A DNA stretch of 50,990 bases, filler included, from Catajapyx aquilonaris (lineage: Eukaryota): the NCBI GenBank assembly GCA_000934665.2. It is 2 parts of 2 records of this genome, joined end to end, with 100 filler letters (N's around TTAATTAATTAA, not from the genome) between each part and the next. Parts side by side here need not be neighbours in the genome. Positions count along the whole stretch, not along the records: positions 1 to 25,447 come from JYFJ02005362.1; positions 25,548 to 50,990 come from JYFJ02005363.1. One strand, given 5' to 3'. Made by a program: the position numbers and the translations under genes. Each line of letters starts with the position of its first letter. Position 1 is the stretch's first letter. Under the pieces are notes generated by a model. It worked only from the letters and a program-made list of their open reading frames with translations. It searched no databases and had not been told where the DNA came from. Below, piece by piece: positions 23,615 through 42,558 of the stretch.

Positions 23615-25447
23615 TACTGTATGATGGACTGGTGTGGACTGGCTGGTGTTGGTGACTGGTGATTGGTGATTGACTCATGCCTGGAGTGGTATACAGTAGT
23701 GTAATAGTGTGTTCGTTGGCCTGTTGGCATGTTGTAGCCTATTTGTCATAGTGGAAATAAACAGAGGGGAGTATGGGCTGGAACCTGCAGGTCGGGTCTG
23801 CCCTCATCCTCATTCAAATACCACATGTACTGCAGTTCTTGAAAAAGAAGGGAGAGGGACCCCCGGAACCTGATGATCATCAACCTGGACCTCCCATTAA
23901 ATGTGTGTATTAAATGTTTCAAGTACTCAACATTAAAAGCAGCAATATTAGCACTGTCTGTGGAAAATTTCGGAACCTATCTTGTTCACTTGCATTATTA
24001 TTTTGTCTTGTTTTAAGCCAATGGGGAACTAGCCTTCATTTTGGAAACTACATAATAAATTCGCCCATATTTTTTGGATTTTTTTGGCATATTCCGTTTT
24101 AAGATATCAGTTTCGGTTCCGGAGTAATTGGGGTTTTTATGTAGGGAAATGGTGACGTCACTGTTTCCCTAGAAAATGTTGACGTCACGCGAAGTGAAAT
24201 GAACGCAAAAATGGTGTTATAGAACGCGCCCCGTCATTGTTGTAAAATGCTTCGCTGTTGTTAGCAACCGTCCCATTCCGTGAGCAAGATAGCGGCCGGG
24301 GCGCGTTTTTACTTCACGCCGCTCAATCAGCTAAGGGGCTGGCAGTGGTGCCAACTGACAGGAATCATCTGTCACCCGAATTCGGCACATGAAGGCCCCC
24401 TTTTCTCCACCTCGATGGCCTACAGCCGCCTTGCGAATGCTTTCCGTCGTGTCCGCGGTTAATTCAAAGTCAAATTCCTCATATCTCGCAGTCAACCAGG
24501 CATTTCAGTGTACCCTTTCGATTGGCAGCGGCGTTTTTCCCGCCAATTTTGAAGGCACTTTTAAATGTGCCGTAATTTATCCAGTAATGCCATTTTGATG
24601 CAACAGAGTGATGGAATGTATGTTTACAGGCATGGGCTAGCTAGTTATGAACAAAAATCCCAAATCCCAGACCAAGGCTACTTCCCCATTCACTTTACAC
24701 CACTTGTGTTGCCGGTGTAAAAAAGGTACCATAGCACTTTAAAATGTAGGTGTGTTTGGTGCCAATCAAAAATCACCAGTAATTTTAAGGAAAGACCTTA
24801 ATTACATTTGATTGATGACATCAATAATCTGAATAGCTCTGAAGGTTGCATTTCACATATTCCAAGCACTTCAATCATTACACAACTCGTGTCTTCACAG
24901 TATACAGATGGCATTTAATATTGCTAGGCACTGAGGTTCACCCTCACTGTATCAACGGTTGAAAAAGAAATTTCCCGTCGAGCGGGTTACAGTCTGGCCA
25001 GGATAACTTTGACCTCGCTCGTTTTCCTCGACTACTGTTGTCTATCTGCGTTTTATCGGCTACTCTTTCCTGGCGGAATCACGTGGTGGTTGAAGGGGGA
25101 GGGGGGATAGAGGGGGCATGAGAGGGGGGGACAACACGAGGTCGAGGTGCAGATAAGAGCCGATTCTGGAAATATTGAAGGGATATAAGTGGCGTGGCAT
25201 TGAAGGTCGTGCACCGTACACGCGCGTTTGAATCAAGTGTCTCTCTGTCGGCCCAGATGACATATTATACAGCTCCCTTTATTTCGCCGTATGGAAGAAG
25301 TGATGGACATTTTGGTCATACCTATACAGGGTGTAAATGAATTCAACCGACTGTTTTATTCGGGTCTTTTACTTAGCCCCCCTAGTGAAACACGTCCAAC
25401 TCGGTCAGCCATCTTGTCTGGAGTCCCCCTTTATTTCCAACCTTGTA

Positions 25448-25547
25448 NNNNNNNNNNNNNNNNNNNNNNNNNNNNNNNNNNNNNNNNNNNNTTAATTAAT
25501 TAANNNNNNNNNNNNNNNNNNNNNNNNNNNNNNNNNNNNNNNNNNNN
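25448..25547. other. Assembly gap (100 nt) containing an artificial TTAATTAATTAA spacer
   Basis: 44 N, then TTAATTAATTAA at 25492-25503 (stop codons in all six frames), then 44 N. Confidence 0.95.
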
Positions 25548-25643
25548 TACCTCAGGCCGCAGGCCTAGAAAAGAGCGAGCGAAGCGAGTGGTTTTCTTGG
25601 CCTGCGCCCTAGGAAAATACGAGCGGAGCGAGGGTTTTCCTAG
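25548..25643 (+). mobile_element. Helitron-like 3' terminus, truncated by the gap
   Basis: Two tandem hairpins (GCAGGCC-AGAAAA...TTTTCT-GGCCTGC; CTAGGAAAA...TTTTCCTAG) with CGAGCG(A/G)AGCGAG loops, ending CTAG|T. Confidence 0.5.
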
Positions 25644-25972
25644 TAGATCTTTAAAATAAGACGTAAAGGTTCATGTCCCTTTCGAAATTGGGGATTAACC
25701 ATGTCTCATGTCCGTATAGTAAAGCTGCTTCATGATCACATCGTGCATAGATTACGCTTTTAAAATTATTTATACAAACACGTGATAAGAAAAATTTAGA
25801 GCACGTATTATTTTACAATGCTGGTTAATGAGGACTGAAGAACAAAAATCAGACTCTGGGATTGCATTGTAATATATTTTAATATAATTTAATTATGCAG
25901 TACGTGTACATCTTTATGCATAGACATCACATTCGGGAATTGATCATTTTCAACTATAATTACAGAACAAAA

Positions 25973-28900
25973 TTAAAGAGACCTGCATGCCAGCAGAGTT
26001 AGGAAACATAGCAAAGCAATGTTAAGTGCTTGGAAGGATGGGATAGATTTATTTGTAGTCGTTTCTGGTTGGGGGGCGTCGGTAGAAGATGTTGTCATGC
26101 CACTACTTGTCCAAGGACCTTCCGTGGTTGTAATGACAGGATGGACGTACACGTGGACCACGTTAGACACATCTCCTTGCAAACCCTCGCTGTTGACTGC
26201 AACGGCTGCAAAGTACACTTCGACGAAGTTTATGTCCACATCTCCTGACAACTGCACCGATATTCCTGGTTCGTCGCTACTCGGGTAGAAATATTCGTCC
26301 AGGAGTGTACAAGTAGAGAAGGTGATGGGACTCAGCAACTGACTTGGATCCGTGTCGTAGCGAACTTCGTATCTGTCCACTGAAAATAGACCATTAATTA
26401 AAACTTAAAAGCCAAGTGTCGTAACAGGTTCTGACCTGGTCCAGTGTCCGCATGACCTCCCACCGATGTCCACGTTGCTCTGACCACTGTGCCTTCGTCC
26501 TCATTTTCAACTTTCAGGTCAAATACCCTCTGAGGTCTGTACTTGTACGCAGAACTTGGCGTGTTGACTAGTCCGTGTGTGATGGCGTGTCTATTTCAAA
26601 TCGACCCATCCTCTCCAGCATGAAAGATGGAGGCACGATTACGCTTCCGCAACAATGCATGTACTCACCTTGATAAAACCCAATTAAAAAGTTAATTAAC
26701 CGGGTGTAATAAAACACGTTGCTTATTCCCAAGAAACTTACTAATCTGATCAGAAGATGGGTATATTGTGAATGCATTCTCGCTTCTAACATGTGCAATT
26801 AGGGAGTAATCTCCGTCTCCGTACGTAGGCAGCATGTACGCGGAATAAACGCCGTCTAATCCGGTTATGTCTGGATCTGCACGTTGCAATAATGAGGCGT
26901 AATGTAATATTTGTGTCTGGGAAGATGTCGTCAACTTGTACGTACCTCCATTTGCTGAATCTCGAGGAAAGAGTGTAATGATCGAGTTGTTTCCTGGTGG
27001 AACCACAGTCACTTCTACATTAGCATCATACACTGGCAGGCCTCCACACAGTACCTTAAAATTGACAATTAATTAGCTTGAAGTGTGATGGGTTTATTGC
27101 AGATTAAACCTCACCTGAACATAGACAGCTAAAGGTGTTTCCGACACATTTTTTGGATTTTCGACAGCGCTTGTTGACACCTTCACTGTAATTTCCCTCC
27201 CATCAATTTTTCTGCCTTTTCCTATGACCCTCACAAAATTGAAACCGTCTTGTTTCTTGTTAAACCGGTAGCTCCACCGATCGTTCTGAAATCTCCATTA
27301 AAAATATCGCTGCAATAGCACTGAAATAGCTCCAATTTGTCTCACCTCTTGTACAGCCTGCGTAAACCTAATTGCTCCAATCTCATCATCACGAACAGTC
27401 GTGTAATACATAGCACCAGAGGGACTCTTCAGACTCTCTTGACTCGGGTCATTAGGAGCGGAGTAGAATATGTAAAATTTAATGTCTGTCGCCAGTGCTT
27501 GATCCACTTCGAATGTGCCTGTAACCACTCCCTCAACTTCTTGTGGAATAATGTTGGAGTGAATCTGAAAGAAAAGAGCGCAAGTGCCAGTCATTGTCAG
27601 TCGCAATGACCGAATGTGAACTGCGATGCAACTTGATAATACATACCATAACAGGTCTTTTCCCCATGTTTGGAGGAAGGAATCTATCCTGTGTTTGAAG
27701 CAAGGCGTCGTGAAGCTTCATTGTCACACCTATGCCACCATCCTTGGCTACGAAACCCATCTTGTTTGTGACGTTTGCCATGCTGCGAAATAGACCAGTC
27801 TCTTCGGGATATTCTATGACCACCAGTGAAACTTTATTATTAGATATCCAGTCGGCAGCTTCTCCAGCATTGTCGATGCTTGTGGTTATTATGATCAGAA
27901 GGTCTCCTTCTGATATCCCAAATTTCTGAACAGGCACATACATTTAGGTCCAGAATCTATGGTATTATTATATCAAACGAACCTTAAATATGACCGATAC
28001 AGCATCTGATAAATAACTTGCGTTCACAACTCCTGAGACGACAGAGTTGAACGAGGCCGCAACATCCTCTCTGTTTGTTTCATCCAAAAGAATTGGTGGC
28101 TGCTGAATGACGGAGGAATTGGAAAAATAGACCAGTCCTAATTCAATTCCATCAGGAAGTTCGTTTAAGATCATCATTTCCAAGGGACCAAACAACTCCT
28201 NTTTTCGTCTGGACGTACTTAAATGTAGTGTTAGCGAAGGTGCCTGGGGGTGCATTTTCTCTGAAAAACACGGTCTCATGTTATTGCATAAAAATGGACA
28301 TAAACTGCCCATTTCAGCCTGAAGTTAAACTTGTGAATAACATTTGGCCTACCCTGAGAAATCCTGGTGTCCTCGGATCACTTCCATCACGCTTCTTCCC
28401 ATGCACAGGATATTGTGCTTGGTGAGCGTTAATTGATTGTGATTAGACTCATTACAAAAATCAGTCACCTGTGGAAAATGTATGTCATTAATTTGTATAA
28501 GTTATACATTCAGAAATGTTCCTCCCCCTTTTGTTGCAGGGTAACTATCACTGAACAGTTGCAAGATAAAACTATATTATCTCTGATAAGTTATGTGGAA
28601 GAATGATTATAGAAAACTGTGGAACAGTTAATAATAAATTCAGCCATAATTACAGCAATTCATTTACTTAAAATACCTCTGGCAAATAAGGTGAAGCCAT
28701 TATGGAAGTGGTGGAGTTGAAGCTGTCAGGGTCAGGGCTTATCATGCAGTTATCTTCTATCGTTTCATCGCAGGTCCTGTCAGATAGATCAATAAGGTAG
28801 CAGAGGTTGGCAAAATTTTAGTATCACACTGAGCGTACCAGAGCGTCGAATCTGAACAAAGATTTGGCAACGAGGTGTACGAAGGTGGGTACAAATGATC

Positions 28901-29569
28901 TTTGGAGAATCCGGTCTCATCAAACACACCGTATCGGAACTTGGCCCATTCCTTCACAAGCAATTGACCTGCAATATTACATCATATTGATAAAAATAGG
29001 ATAAGTTCTATTCAATATGATTTTTACCCCTTGTGGTTCGTGGACGAGCTTGAGAATTCTCTGTGAAGAAATTGTATGTGAAGTACATGTATTCCCCTGG
29101 CTCACCGCATCTTCGATTCTGCTGTGTCCACGGATTGTCCCCGAAGAGAGGATGGGTTGGACCTACCTGAAGGGACACTTCTGACCACAGTCCAGCTGGT
29201 GCCACGCCAATATCTTGGCCAAATTCGGAATAACACGGATCGGGATTGAACGAAGAAGGAAGAAGAATAGTCACATGACGAAAAAATGACTGGACTGAAG
29301 TTTTGTTCAGGATTACAGAACCATCATTGAACATCCTCTGAAATGACGCAAAATTTTATCTTCAAGATGATGCAGCTGTTTTTTTGTTTTTTTTTTCAAA
29401 GCCACCTTACCTCGATTTCCTTTACGATATCGCAGTAGTCATACTCATAGTCACTAATGTCGTTAAGGGCAACAACAATCCCTTCGTATCCTCCATCCTT
29501 GATGATCACTTCAGGCGAAACTTGTCCCCAAAACAATGCGACGACTGCGAACAGGTTCCAACAATGCAT
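25973..29569 (-). CDS. Calcium-activated chloride channel regulator (CLCA)-family protein, multi-exon
   Basis: Signal peptide, then DGGYEGIVVA, FFRHVTILLP, PLFGDNPWTQQNRRCGEPGEYMYF, KEWAKFRYGVFDE, VTDFCN...KHNILCMGRSVMEVI, a VWA-like region, ADPDITGLDGVYSAY, an FnIII-like WTSVGG...DRYEVRY...YFAAVAVN...SNV and a hydrophobic C-terminus. A single N at 28201 interrupts one exon. Confidence 0.9.
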
Positions 29570-30129
29570 CTTCGCAAACTTGCCCGAACGTGATTTAAAC
29601 CAAAAGTACCAAACACGCACCGATATCAGATATTAATAATTACGATAAGGAAGTGTATCTCTCCACGTGCACATGATTTATGGCACTTATCCTAGCTATC
29701 AGACCACATATGTGTCGATGTTGATTTTACGTAACATCCTCCTATCATGTGCTTTATGTATGCTACTCATAATTTTCATCCAGCTGATACGTTCAATAAT
29801 TTTTTTTTATAACTCCTCACGAGATAAGTGACAAAACTTGTCCCACTAGCACCGGAAATGTGATGCTTATTACTTGTGACTAGACGTAAATGTAATCAGA
29901 ATGACGCACGCGGTGTGATGAAAGGTATGACAAATTGGATTAAAAATTAGATAACGTAATAATATTAGGGGACGTACGTGTTGGAACGGTATCTGTTTTA
30001 CCTCCCCTTAATTTAATCAGGTAGATAGGGAGGGTATTAAAGTGGGCGTCTGTCTATTGACAATAGGTCTGACATATTTCCTGCCTTACATACAGTGCAG
30101 TACACTCTACAGTGAGCATTGGTCACAAT

Positions 30130-31212
30130 ATGTCACCTAAGTACAATATCTGTATCCTGGTCGCCTTCTTGTTCGGTAGGTACCATAAGCCGTTGTTGTA
30201 TAGTTAGTACTGATGCCATTAACATATAACTAATTGCAGGAACTGCGCATTGCATCGACAGTGATGAACAATGCAACATCACACAAATTTTGTATAATGT
30301 ATCTGCGGAAGCGGTGGAATATAATCTGTACCCTCTCCCGATTGACATCCAGCAATTAAATACAACATGCAGGTATGTGACTGACAAATTGTAGTGTCAG
30401 TGGAACAAGAAGTCATTAATGCTTGGCTCTTGCAGCTCACTCAGCGAACTAGAAGAAGCAGTAAACAAGACCATAGAACCATGTTATGCTGGTAATGGTA
30501 CCCAAGACTTTGACACTGAAATGTTCCTCAAGCTACTGGGTAGTGCTGATGCTCTCATACAGGAAATTTGCAGTGACAAAGATTGGCAAGCCAGTAAGTA
30601 GTTTAGATATAATCACATTCAGTAAGTTCAACTTGCATGTACTGAGCTAGCAATTTTGATTTTACTCGGATTTATTTTTTCTTCAAAGGCTACTTGGAGT
30701 CTATTAATTGCACCCAACAAACAATACGCAATCACACTGAAGAATTCATGAAATGCCAGCACAACATTCAGCAGGCAAAAAGTGTTGAGGATATATGTCG
30801 GTGAGTTGAGCGACCAAAGCTGAGCTGGTCTCCTTTTCCAGTATATTATTAATTTCCTCTTTTTATTACACCATTAGTGTGGGAGACAAATTCCTTCCCT
30901 GCGCATACAATGTTCTGCACAAACATTGTTTAGAAAAGGATGCAAAGTTCGTCAATGCTGTTGCTGTAGAGGTATTCATAGTAAGCATGATTTACGCCAC
31001 TTAATATGCATGTTAGGAAAAAGCGTTGCCAGCGAGAAGATTTTGAAATGTTTTCTTTAAAATAGCATGTAATCGCACAATGTTATTTTACCATTACTTT
31101 CCCGCAGAAATTTTGCAATCGCTTGCCTTCATCTGCTGTCACCAAAGTGGGCTCTCCGCTCATGTGGGCAACACTCATTGTTCCATACCTTACGTACATG
31201 TTGAGCAAGTAA
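30130..31212 (+). CDS. Uncharacterised Cys-rich secreted, probably GPI- or membrane-anchored, protein (~218 aa)
   Basis: Exons 30130-30175, 30240-30372, 30436-30593, 30689-30800, 30878-30980 and 31108-31212. All introns are GT-AG, phases are compatible, and the 657-nt frame is open. N-terminal signal peptide, spaced Cys, several NxS/T sequons and a hydrophobic C-terminus. Confidence 0.85.
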
Positions 31213-31574
31213 AGTAAGTACACAGACGATGATGGAAAGCCTGGCTACACCGCAGCTGGTTTAGTCCTTTTAAACAATACAAAAATGTTGGTTTAAAATA
31301 AAACCCCCATCAACATGGCACCCTCGAGAAAATAAAATGTATGTCACGCTACAGCAAGGCAAATAACACCACTTATTTCAGTGTCAAAATACAGTTTATT
31401 CTGTAGGGTGACAAAATTGTTGTAAGTAACTCATTATTTAAATAAACATTTACATGAATAATTTTATGGCATGTGAATAATACTTCCTGACAGTCACAAA
31501 TTATAATCTGAAAGGTAAATGATGCAGTAAATTAACACAATTTGTAAGAACTGACTTGTCATCACAGATAAAAA

Positions 31575-32710
31575 TTACTGTGGTTCACATTTTACGGATA
31601 AATTCGGCAGCAATTTCGTCAATTCCTTTCTCTCCTTACTAATCCGGTGGTTTCTTATGTGTCTCTTTAACTGAAAACTCGTGATGAATGACCTGGGGCA
31701 AAGGTCACAGTGATACTCGTGATCCTCATTGACATGAATCTTCATGTGCTTTTGAAGGTGCTGGTCAGATGTAAACACGCCACGGCATGCCTTACAAGCG
31801 TACTTCTCTTCAGTTGAGTGCTCCGAATTGTGCATGAGCTGCGCCATTCTCGACGTGAATTTCTTTGGACATTCTTTGCATTCAAACACTGTCGGCGGTG
31901 CAGGCGGTTTCATGTTTCGCTTTGGCCTACTCGCATCCGGCGGTGTCACATGCACCTGAATCCGCACGTTACTCGGAAGGTGCGTGGTTTCGTGCCGTTT
32001 GAGGTCACGTGAAGTGTCAAACGATATCTGGCATGTCTCGCATCCGTATGACCACTTCCCGGTGTGCACCATTGTGTGTAACTGGCACATTGACCAGGTT
32101 GGAAAGGACCGATCACAATAGGAGCAATTGACCTTGTGGTTCTTAAGCGGATCCTGCTTGTTAACCCCCGTCGGCGAGTTTCGCTTTGGTCTACTCGCAT
32201 CCGGCGGTGTCACATGCACCTGAATGCGCACATTACTCGGAAGGTGCGTGGTTTCATGCCGTTTGAGGTCACGTGAAGTGTCAAACGATATCTGGCAAGT
32301 CTCGCATCCATGTGACCACTTCCCGGTGTGCACCATTGCGTGTACCTGGCACATTGACCAGGTTGGAAAGGAGCGATCACAATAGGAGCAATTGAACTTG
32401 TGGTTCTTAAGCGGCTTGTTAGCCCCAATCGTACATTCAGGCTTGATATACATATACTCATCCATGAATGTACCGTCGTCCGGTTGTTCCTTTATAAACA
32501 CTTGCCATCCGTCGTCTGTGTTTGTCGATTCCTCAAATTCAGTCTGTACCTGATCGATGTCGACTGGAAGTCAAACGAAAAAGGTCAGACCACAATTTAT
32601 CCATTACAATTTATTGCAGCTTACCATTAATTAAAATGATTGCAATTCATGCTAAAATTACAGTAATTACCTGTGGTCATCATTTGTGACATTGCAGCTG
32701 GTTCGTTCAT
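31575..32710 (-). CDS. C2H2 zinc-finger protein (7 fingers)
   Basis: Exons 32710-32671 and 32563-31575. Repeated CxxC-x12-HxxxH fingers, HTGK linkers and IKEQP/IKPE motifs. Confidence 0.9.
31914..32414 (-). repeat. 264-bp internal tandem duplication of a two-finger block
   Basis: CTTAAGCGG occurs at 32142 and 32406; the 88-aa-period protein units are almost identical. Confidence 0.92.
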
Positions 32711-32835
32711 CTTCACATTAACAGAGTGTGGGCTGCCAAATCTGAAAATAAATTAAAAGTGTTAAAAACAGCTTTTTAAATAATTAGAAAAACACATTAA
32801 ACCTTTAATGATGCAAATACAGTAGCCAAGAAGAA

Positions 32836-33236
32836 GCAGCCATCTTTGATGTCAGTTTGCGCCATCTATAGTTCAGTCATACTGTTACGAAATACTATTT
32901 ATTATTAATCAAATGTTTCAGTTAATGTTCGGCCTAATTTTTGATTAAAATTGGTTGAGTTAATTACGGTTCAGTTTACTGTTGGGAACACTGGATATCG
33001 ATATGGTTATCGTGAGTACATTTGAACTTTTTGCTTGATTGCGCATGGATACGGCGCATGGAACGGCACTTATCGGATGGTTCTTGCCAAAAAAAATGTG
33101 CAAATTAATCAATCACTAGTGTACAATTTATATTCATCAATAAATTGGAATCATCAATATCGATACATTCGTAGCATGAAAGTATCGATATTTTTTTCGC
33201 CGCTCCTCCTCGTGACGTCATCAAAGATGGCCGCCT
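32836..33236. promoter_or_regulatory. Bidirectional zinc-finger / CDK8 promoter
   Basis: Three DRE motifs TATCGATA (32996, 33158, 33183), CRE TGACGTCA (33213), and YY1/Pho-type AAAGATGGC motifs pointing outward toward each gene (~32838 minus, ~33223 plus). Confidence 0.7.
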
Positions 33237-33366
33237 CCTGAAGTTCTCGACAAAATATTTTTCAATCCTCCAAAAAAAATTTAGTATTTTCTTTTTTTGG
33301 AATATTTCAAAAAAACAAATAGCTGTGGCAGTTCCAATAAAACAGGCCGGCAAGATTGAGGCCAAC

Positions 33367-38367
<5,001 letters not shown>

Positions 38368-38435
38368 CATTCCACGGAATAAACATCAACAATGTATTTT
38401 CCACTTGACTACTTTACAATCTTTCCATTACTTTT

Positions 38436-38903
38436 CTAAATGAACTTGAAGCGACGGTCCTTGTAGGCGACCTGGCCCGTGCGGTACTTCTGCTCCGTAT
38501 TCCCCTGCAATTAACATTATTGTTGATTAACCGCAGTGGATGCATAACAATAGGGACATACCCGCGTGGTCTTTAACAGCCAGCCGTACGCCGCGATTGG
38601 AAACAGCATCATCCAGAAGCCCAGCAAGGACGACTTGGGCGTTGGCTTGAAGTGGTCGTACAGCGTGGCCCGCATCGACATGAACCGCTGGACACTAGGG
38701 TCGAACTGGAAAAAAAAATCTGGTTAGTTCGATCCACATGCGATTGCGCTTCGGCTAATTACCAGCGTGCCTCCCTCTCCGGTCATGTGCCTGTACGGAT
38801 TGGTGACCTGCTTCACGTACTCCTTCTTGAGGGCCTGCCGCATCTGACGGCGCTCCTCAATCGCCCGTCGCTCAGACGGGGTCACATCGTACTGCTTGTC
38901 CAT
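38436..38903 (-). CDS. NDUFB4: NADH dehydrogenase [ubiquinone] 1 beta subcomplex subunit 4 (B15)
   Basis: Exons 38903-38763, 38705-38562 and 38504-38436: MDKQYDVTPSERRAIEER...LKKEYVKQVTNPYRH...FDPSVQRFMSMR...FKPTPKS, a TM helix, then KYRTGQVAYKDRRFKFI. Confidence 0.92.
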
Positions 38904-39003
38904 CCCCGACCTCTTCAGGTCACTCGTTCGGAATAGAACCTGAAATAAATTGGTACAGCAAATAATCGACATGTCCACTGCATAATTGAAATTATTGATC
39001 TGA

Positions 39004-39201
39004 AATTTGAGCCAATTTTTAATTATTATTTTTTTGCATTTTGTGGACTCGATTTTGGAACGCAACCTGAAAAATTGTTACGCTCAATGATATGGCATCA
39101 TGCCTATGAGCATGAGCAGCATATGATTATGCCAAATTGTCTGGACGAACAACAAGTACAATTTGAGCCAATTTTTAATTGAATTTTTGCATTTTGTGAA
39201 C
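39004..39201. repeat. ~45-bp direct repeat pair upstream of NDUFB4
   Basis: AATTTGAGCCAATTTTTAATT...TTTTTGCATTTTGTG at ~39004 and ~39160. Confidence 0.75.
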
Positions 39202-39268
39202 TTACTTTTCAGGTTTTTTTCTTCAGCTGATGGAAACCATTTTAGTGCGAATTCGACGCCATGTTTGA

Positions 39269-39813
39269 TCACGTGACATGTTCCAGCTGTAATAAATTTT
39301 TTCGAATAGTTTTATAGCGAAACTGTGTACTGTCACACACTTAGCATATTACACTATTATTCACTGCAAATTTAATGTTTAAATGTTGCAATTAACAATT
39401 TAATTAAGACTCATTCTGCCACACAATTGGTTAAGAGCTCCAATATGGCCGCCCCCAGTTTGCTAAACATCCAACCAATCACAGACGAGCTAGCTCAACT
39501 TCCAGCCAATCACAATCCCTCTTGTTGTTTACACGTTATGAAACTAGCACATGTAAACATCATAATCAATAAGTACTTATAAATGAAAAATTCCGCAATT
39601 TTTAATCAATCGTCTATTAATATGATCGATCAATTATCTTGACCCTCCTAACCCCGTCCTCTCTCTCCCCCCCTACTGTGGCGTCACTCATCACATGCTC
39701 ACATGATAAACAAGCCAGTACATAAAGGACCAGAGGAGAAGGCAGAATCATCATTACAAAGGCAAGCATCGCACAGAGCCAAAGAGAAATTACAGTGATC
39801 CTGCAACAACAAG
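39269..39813 (+). promoter_or_regulatory. Cathepsin L promoter and non-coding exon 1
   Basis: CLEAR-like TCACGTGAC (39269), two CCAATCAC boxes (~39475, ~39506), TCACATG twice (~39691-39706), CATAAA (39721), Inr-like TCATT (39751), donor AAG|GTACGC (39813) and acceptor at 39905. Confidence 0.6.
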
Positions 39814-39915
39814 GTACGCATCTTTATTTATTACATATTAATTAACATGGTAAACCTAATTATGTTTTAATTAGTGTGGGCTAATCAATTTTGTTTTGTC
39901 CGCAGGTGTTTGAAG

Positions 39916-42558
<2,643 letters not shown>

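Noticed and set aside
23773..23913. 46-codon small ORF MGWNLQVGSALILIQ...
   Set aside because: No recognisable motif, lies among simple repeats, and has no independent support.
28757..28840. Apparent premature stop in CLCA (…GPAMKR*)
   Set aside because: Explained by a short GT-AG intron (TG|GTACGC…CTGACAG|G) that restores STLW-TCDETIEDNC.
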